Virus record (IMG/VR): IMGVR_UViG_3300033141_003975
Location: 1-61,348 of that record
Reading direction: 5' to 3' (one strand)
DNA length: 61,348 nucleotides
From: a virus
Taxonomy: Duplodnaviria > Caudoviricetes
Positions 55,975 to 61,348 of the stretch are shown one piece after another. Made by a program: the position numbers and the translations under genes. Position 1 is the stretch's first letter. Each line of letters begins with the position of its first letter. The notes beneath the pieces were generated by a model. It was not told where the DNA came from. It made no database searches and saw only the letters and a program-made list of their open reading frames with translations.

Positions 55975-56560
55975 CTTCCACTCCTTGCACACTCATCTTC
56001 GACACCAAATCCCATTTCTTCAGTGTGCCGAAGTCCAGCGTTCCCAACCACCCCCCGATACACCGCCTGCGCTCGAAAACCCCGTCGCCGAATTCTTTAT
56101 AGGGTGTCACGATATTGGCGCGCAACTCCTCCGGCCATTCCTTCGGCCATTCCCTTGCTCCCTGAAACAGCGGGGTTCCTTCGATGCAGATGAGATTTTG
56201 GTGAGAGACGAGATAGCCCAGCCTTCGCCACGTCCGGCAGAAGCAGCCTTTGGCCCCAACCCAGTGTCCAACATACGTGGACTGGATGAGCAAATTACTT
56301 CCTTGGAACACGAACGAGACTGGTGAACAATTCTCGGACTTCTCCACTTCTCGACACAAAGCCACAATCTCCGACTCCGGTATTTCCTCTCGGACATATA
56401 TCGCCAGAAATCCCTTGCGGTGATTGAGATACGCTAACGGATACAGCGCCTCTCCATCCTCCCCTGTCTTGACATACAACTCCTTGCCGGAGAAGGATCG
56501 TGGGAATATATGGAAGCGGACATGCGGGAATTTCGTACTGGCCAGCTTATACATACTCAC
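55958..56560 (-). CDS. hypothetical protein
   Basis: 200-aa ORF coupled to its neighbours. Confidence 0.62.
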   Translation of the reverse strand: MSMYKLASTKFPHVRFHIFPRSFSGKELYVKTGEDGEALYPLAYLNHRKGFLAIYVREEIPESEIVALCREVEKSENCSPVSFVFQGSNLLIQSTYVGHWVGAKGCFCRTWRRLGYLVSHQNLICIEGTPLFQGAREWPKEWPEELRANIVTPYKEFGDGVFERRRCIGGWLGTLDFGTLKKWDLVSKMSVQGVEDGNEI

Positions 56561-56811
56561 TCCTTCGGCAAATCAAGCTTCTGTTTCTTTTTCACGATGT
56601 GTAGAGGTTTCTCAGCCTTCACCCCACCCCATATCTGCGTCAGGACGCCAATAATGGCCATAGCTGCGGCTATCAGGGACGAGATATCCTGTGTGAGCGT
56701 GGCAATCTGTTCCTCACTCAAATCCACCCCCCACACTCCTACAATCATAGCCACTACGGTAAGTATGGCTCCAATCCCTCGACGACTCTGCAAGAAATGC
56801 TTCGATTCCAT
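56557..56811 (-). CDS. putative holin (2 TM)
   Basis: AAGGAGG RBS; two hydrophobic helices, basic C-terminus. Confidence 0.6.
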   Translation of the reverse strand: MESKHFLQSRRGIGAILTVVAMIVGVWGVDLSEEQIATLTQDISSLIAAAMAIIGVLTQIWGGVKAEKPLHIVKKKQKLDLPKE

Positions 56812-56824
56812 TTTACTTCCTCCT

Positions 56825-57370
56825 TTAGAATCTCGGATTACCTCCAATGTTCGTCGGACTGAGCAAAATCACTAACTCAATACTCCCCCAACTCATCTTC
56901 CCTGTGTCAGTGGTATATAGCATCAATGTGAAGGATTCCATTGTGCTTAGATCCACCTTGTACACCCCCCAGTTCACAATACCGCCACTCCCTGGATCAC
57001 TAACTCCTTCTGTCATCGATGTCACATTGAGCTGCACCATATCAGGTGTGGCTGCTCCTTGTAGTGCTGATCCCAGCGCGCAGAAACTCGCATTCGATAT
57101 TGACCCTTCCGCCATAACGAACCTGCCATTAGACATTCCAGAGGCGAGTTGTATTACAGCACTGTCTGCACTCCAAGTACGTATTGGCTTCATTGCCAAT
57201 CTGTAATTCGTACTCGCAGCTTCCACTGTGCTGCTTGCAATACTTGCTCTGAAATAATCTGGCCACCCAGACATCAACCCGCGCCTTTGCGCCAAATCAT
57301 ACTCAATCTCCCCAAATACATTTCCTGTCAGGACCAGGACCAGAATTGTTGGTAGTAACACTTTCTTCAT
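56825..57370 (-). CDS. signal-peptide beta-rich protein
   Basis: MKKVLLPTILVLVLTGNVFG-E; GGAGG RBS. Confidence 0.7.
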   Translation of the reverse strand: MKKVLLPTILVLVLTGNVFGEIEYDLAQRRGLMSGWPDYFRASIASSTVEAASTNYRLAMKPIRTWSADSAVIQLASGMSNGRFVMAEGSISNASFCALGSALQGAATPDMVQLNVTSMTEGVSDPGSGGIVNWGVYKVDLSTMESFTLMLYTTDTGKMSWGSIELVILLSPTNIGGNPRF

Positions 57371-57723
57371 TTCTTACCTCCGAAAACCTCTCTTGCGGTT
57401 TTTTTGTTATGGCAACTCGCACACAACGGTTGCCAATTACTCCTTCGCCAGAACAACTTCAAATCCCCCTTGTGAGGTATAATGTGGTCCACAACCTCGG
57501 ACGGCTTCCCACATATAGCACACACGGGATGTCTTTTCAAAAACACCTTTCTCGCCTCTCTCCACTTGTGCCCATACCCTCGCTTCGGTGCCGAGGGTCT
57601 CCGCTCATCAATACACTCCCTCTCTTGCTGACGCTTGATCCTCTCGTGCTCAGGGCAGCGTCTACCCGAGGTTATCACTCTACCACACCCTGGTACGCAA
57701 CAGAACTTTTTCACAGTCGGCAT
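57367..57723 (-). CDS. HNH endonuclease (HK97 gp74-like terminase cofactor)
   Basis: RGYG.KW...FL..HPVC..C...VDHIIPH.G....FW...NWQPLC..CHN.KT. Confidence 0.92.
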   Translation of the reverse strand: MPTVKKFCCVPGCGRVITSGRRCPEHERIKRQQERECIDERRPSAPKRGYGHKWREARKVFLKRHPVCAICGKPSEVVDHIIPHKGDLKLFWRRSNWQPLCASCHNKKTAREVFGGKK

Positions 57724-59201
57724 CTTTCACACTCCTCACTCTGCACGAAATACAACTCTTTCCGTGCGCGTGTCACAGCCACATATACCAAATTCCTCTC
57801 TTGCTGTTGCGCCCAGCTCGGGAGCTTCGGTGTCCAGAATGGGGGCAATAGCTGGTTCGCGTCCAACAAATACACCCTATCCCACTCAAGCCCCTTCGCT
57901 CGGTGCACAGTTGATAACACCACCGCCCCCTGTTTCTGCGTGAATAACTGTGCAAGAAACTCAAGCAGAGACTCTTTGGTGCTTATCTTTGTATTATAGT
58001 CTAATATAGCATCGAGGCAAGTGATTTTGTCTCGCAAGGACTCAATGGCACTGATTTTCCCCGACCGTTGCCATGCCAAAGACTTCTCCAAGAAGTACTT
58101 ATGCAGGTTCTTACGCCAAACCTCTAACTCACTCCCTGCGATTTTCTTTGTGAGGGAAGCAAGAGATGTGCCAATATCCCTCCCGACCATGTTGCAGGGG
58201 ATACCGGCAGCCAAGAATGCAAGGGCCAGGCGCACCAATGGGGCATTCGTGCGGCACAGGATCGCGGAATTCCCATCCAACACGGGCACCCATCCCCCTT
58301 CCACTTCCACCACTTCCCCTTCAGGCGCACCCTCGGCATATTCTATCTCAGGCACTTCCTCTTGCGCTCTGAGGACAATGGATTTGGCACAGCGGTAGCA
58401 TATAGACAGTGGCAGTAACTCCGCTTTGGTGGAGGTTTGTATTGTGTCAAAGGCATCAACCCCAGCCCCGCGAAAGCCATAGATAGCTTGTCTTGGATCA
58501 CCAATAGCCACCATCCTGCCTCGCAACAATTTCAGCAGTAGCGCAAGCTGCACACTATTCACATCTTGTGCTTCATCCACAAACACCCAGTCGTATTGAG
58601 GAGGGTTGAGTTTGAGCTTGAGAGGGAGGTAAAGCATGTCATCAAAGTCAATAACTCCGCTTTCGGCGTATACCAGCGACTTCTCGAATACCTGTTTGGC
58701 CAACCCAATACTCCTCTCACACACATCCAGGTCGAAACTGTCGGCAACAGCAGCGAAGTTTTCTTCATCACACCGACTCACAATCCCGACACCATAATTT
58801 TTGGCAAGACTGACCAATTTCAGGACGTCAGTTGTGTCCCTGTTCCCCGCAATTTCCATCAATATCCCACGATTCTTACTTCCGCTGCCGTCAACCTCAT
58901 AGCTATTATTCCTGGCCCTGATTAAGGTGCGGAAACCAACGGAGTGAAGCGTCTTACACTCTACTTCCCTTCCTATCCGTCTCTGCAACTCGTTTGCGAT
59001 AGACTTGTTGAAAGCCACGAACAACGCCGACCCTCCCGACACAAACTCCGTTGCCATACAGGCAGTCGTCGTCTTCCCGCTTCCGGCTACGGCATTCACA
59101 CACGCATTCCCTTCCCCTTTGCTTATCCAGTCGAATATCCTCCTCTGGTACACACTCGGCTTCAACTTTGGCTTACGTACACAATCAGACAAAACTCCCA
59201 T
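57711..59201 (-). CDS. UvrD/Rep-family SF1 helicase
   Basis: AVAGSGKTT, DEAQD, GDPRQAIYGFRGA, HRAKGLEW, YVAVTRA. Confidence 0.94.
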   Translation of the reverse strand: MGVLSDCVRKPKLKPSVYQRRIFDWISKGEGNACVNAVAGSGKTTTACMATEFVSGGSALFVAFNKSIANELQRRIGREVECKTLHSVGFRTLIRARNNSYEVDGSGSKNRGILMEIAGNRDTTDVLKLVSLAKNYGVGIVSRCDEENFAAVADSFDLDVCERSIGLAKQVFEKSLVYAESGVIDFDDMLYLPLKLKLNPPQYDWVFVDEAQDVNSVQLALLLKLLRGRMVAIGDPRQAIYGFRGAGVDAFDTIQTSTKAELLPLSICYRCAKSIVLRAQEEVPEIEYAEGAPEGEVVEVEGGWVPVLDGNSAILCRTNAPLVRLALAFLAAGIPCNMVGRDIGTSLASLTKKIAGSELEVWRKNLHKYFLEKSLAWQRSGKISAIESLRDKITCLDAILDYNTKISTKESLLEFLAQLFTQKQGAVVLSTVHRAKGLEWDRVYLLDANQLLPPFWTPKLPSWAQQQERNLVYVAVTRARKELYFVQSEECERCRL

Positions 59202-59205
59202 ACCC

Positions 59206-59520
59206 CTACTCCATTCTCACGTCTATATACCGCGACTTACTCTCCCTCGTATTCTCACTAAACGCCTCCCCTACAGTCGCAGGAGCTACCCCCACCCCCA
59301 CGAGATACTTCCTCACCCCATCATAATCAATAGACTTCCTCACACTCTCCTTAACCCGCGCTTTGCCAACCCCAGGCAGTGACACCACCACAATCTTTTC
59401 TTGCTCCATCAACCTCAACATCTCCCCCTTATACTTCCCCACCATCTCCTTTGCCTCAGCTTCCTTCTTCTTCCACTGCACGATTTCCTTCAACAACTCC
59501 ATGACTTCCTCACTCATCAT
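59206..59520 (-). CDS. hypothetical coiled-coil protein
   Basis: AAGGAG RBS; 104 aa. Confidence 0.68.
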   Translation of the reverse strand: MMSEEVMELLKEIVQWKKKEAEAKEMVGKYKGEMLRLMEQEKIVVVSLPGVGKARVKESVRKSIDYDGVRKYLVGVGVAPATVGEAFSENTRESKSRYIDVRME

Positions 59521-59529
59521 TATCTCCTT

Positions 59530-61348
59530 TCACTCGTAGTCCACCATCTCCCCCCAAGAGTCCCCTACGCTCAAACCAACTTCCAGCGGGACACTCAGAG
59601 GGTAGGCGTTTTCCAGTACGTCCTGCAGCTCGGATATAAACTCATCGACACACTCCACACTCACTTCCCACAGCAAGTCGTCGTGTATCTGTAACAAAGG
59701 CTCACACACAAACCCCTCCCGTCGATATTGCATATACACTTCCGGCATCATTCCCATAGCCATCTTCATAATCCCTTGCGCCCCAGACTGAATAACCGTC
59801 GCTCGTGATTTCACTTCCGCCTTCCTGCGCATATACTTATCTTGCATCCACACCCCCTCAAGTCGCCGTATTCGCCCAAACATATCTCTCACACACCCTG
59901 TCCTTCGGGCCTCAGACAATAACTGATCCAAACGCTTTCGTACCGCAGGGAAGACTTTGAACCATTCCTCAATCAATTTCCGACACTCGTCCACCGTCCA
60001 CCCCGTACACCCTTCCTGACTCAAATTATCCGACAATCCCTCGGGTGTCAGACCATAAACCATACCAAAATTCACACGCTTCGCGGGATACCGATGTTTC
60101 ATTTTGTCCAAGTCCTCAACAGGCAGACCAAACAATATCGACGCTGTCCGTGCATGAATATCCTCCCCTGTACGGAAACACTCCAGCATCGTCTCATCCT
60201 GAGCTTCATGTGCCAACACGCGCAACTCAATCTGAGAATAATCCCCTGACACAAACACACAATCCGGCCTGGCCTGGAAACAACATCTTAACCTCTTCCC
60301 TTCCTCGGTCCGTACCGGTATGGCCAACATGTTCGGGTCCTTGGACGCCAACCTCCCCGTCACTGCTCTTGTCATTGAAATATCCGCATGGATTCTGCCA
60401 TCCTCCTGTAAATGCCTCGTCAACACAGGCTCAATAAACGTTGATAGTCGTTTGTGGTAGTCCCTGTATGTGAGCACCGTGTCAACAATAGGATGACTCC
60501 CTCGCATCTTCTCCAACACTTCTCTATCGAGAGCCAACCGCTTCGTCTTCTTAGTCCGCTTGGGCCCCTTCTGCCTCTCGGACGCGGGCGGCAACAGCCC
60601 CATTTTGTCGAAGAACAAGTCAACAAGAAACTGTGTTGATTTGATATTTATTTGCTCGGGCTCAAACCCATACTTCTTCGCAAACCCCTCCACTTCCTCT
60701 TCCGCCTCAGCCATACTCATTAAACACTCTTCAGCTTGCTCCTCCATCATCTCTTTATTCACAAACATCCCCACTTCCATCATATCTGCCACTATCGGAA
60801 CACAATTACAGTCAATGCGTAACATCTCCCAAACACCCTCTGCCTCAATCCTGGGGACCAGTTTCTCCCAAATCCTGTACGTGGCATCAGCATCCCGCGC
60901 TGCATAATGGACAGCCTCGTCTACGTCAACATCCAAGATATTCCCTTGCGGCAACGGTACCGACACTTCCAACCCAAGCTTCCTCCACCTTGCTTCCATA
61001 TCAGCGTGGGTGGCTGCCGGATGTGACAATCTCTTACAAAAGTTCAACAGTTTCTTACTTGCCACCTCCCCCACTTCCTCCCAAGCCTGTGTTGCTATCC
61101 AATCCCATTTATCCATACAAGCCCCCTCCACCAAACTCCTGAAACTCTTCATCTCCATCCCACACAGCCCCGACGCAAGAGACTTCAGGTTCAGAGGGAG
61201 GTCTTGCAGAATGTGAGCCGCGAGCATCGAATCCCACCACTCCCACTCCACTTCAATCCCAACCTTCTTCAGTATAGGCAAGTCATATAATGCATTATGA
61301 AACAACACTTCCCCTCTGTACCTTGCCATAACCCCCCTCAACATTTCC
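59530..61348 (-). CDS. polA: 3' part of family A DNA polymerase (exonuclease II/III and polymerase domain)
   Basis: FHNALYD, YAARDA, TGRLAS, DYSQIELR, AKRVNFGMVYG, QIHDD. Confidence 0.96.
   Translation of the reverse strand, partial: EMLRGVMARYRGEVLFHNALYDLPILKKVGIEVEWEWWDSMLAAHILQDLPLNLKSLASGLCGMEMKSFRSLVEGACMDKWDWIATQAWEEVGEVASKKLLNFCKRLSHPAATHADMEARWRKLGLEVSVPLPQGNILDVDVDEAVHYAARDADATYRIWEKLVPRIEAEGVWEMLRIDCNCVPIVADMMEVGMFVNKEMMEEQAEECLMSMAEAEEEVEGFAKKYGFEPEQINIKSTQFLVDLFFDKMGLLPPASERQKGPKRTKKTKRLALDREVLEKMRGSHPIVDTVLTYRDYHKRLSTFIEPVLTRHLQEDGRIHADISMTRAVTGRLASKDPNMLAIPVRTEEGKRLRCCFQARPDCVFVSGDYSQIELRVLAHEAQDETMLECFRTGEDIHARTASILFGLPVEDLDKMKHRYPAKRVNFGMVYGLTPEGLSDNLSQEGCTGWTVDECRKLIEEWFKVFPAVRKRLDQLLSEARRTGCVRDMFGRIRRLEGVWMQDKYMRRKAEVKSRATVIQSGAQGIMKMAMGMMPEVYMQYRREGFVCEPLLQIHDDLLWEVSVECVDEFISELQDVLENAYPLSVPLEVGLSVGDSWGEMVDYE
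61235..61348. repeat. 114-bp direct repeat identical to 1-114
   Basis: Exact match to the contig start. Confidence 0.97.

Noticed and set aside
61235-61348. 114-bp terminal repeat as a biological direct terminal repeat
   Set aside because: It falls mid-polA and the terminase is HK97/cos-like, so an assembly overlap is more likely.
59530-61348. Modified-base genome (DpoZ/PurZ, deazaguanine or hmU)
   Set aside because: No purZ, que/dpdA or hydroxymethylase genes recognised.
1-61348. Alternative genetic code, tRNAs, integrase or repressor
   Set aside because: Core genes are intact in the standard code and use all three stops; no cloverleaf or recombinase motifs were seen by eye.

Overview
This window is an apparently complete ~61.2-kb tailed dsDNA phage genome (siphovirus-like). 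Bases 1-114 repeat at 61235-61348, so the contig circularises inside the DNA polymerase gene. The minus strand carries three blocks. Replication/repair: a UDG-family-4/PolA fusion, ERCC4 nuclease, Sak4-like ATPase, MazG, PD-(D/E)XK exonuclease, DinG and UvrD helicases, a TROVE/Ro60 protein and two SPPY methyltransferases. Morphogenesis: HK97-type head genes, a TP901-type tape measure, a GTA-like tail tip and fibres. Lysis: a GH108 endolysin. The plus strand (37.9-53.2 kb) holds early genes: an amidoligase/GATase pair, expanded paralog families, a HicB-like protein, a DnaN-like clamp and a Csx20/Crn-like ring-nuclease candidate. I saw no integrase, repressor, primase, tRNA or CRISPR array. Most notable: (1) five genes in the morphogenesis operon, including both fibre proteins, plus two late genes, start with Sec-type signal peptides; (2) the Ro60 gene is followed by a Y-RNA-like hairpin; (3) a stand-alone viral ring-nuclease candidate; (4) three covarying pseudoknot leaders upstream of early genes; (5) a scattered packaging module, with terS inside the tail operon and a perfect 22-bp inverted repeat in front of terL. 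All assignments come from motif recognition by eye, without database searches.
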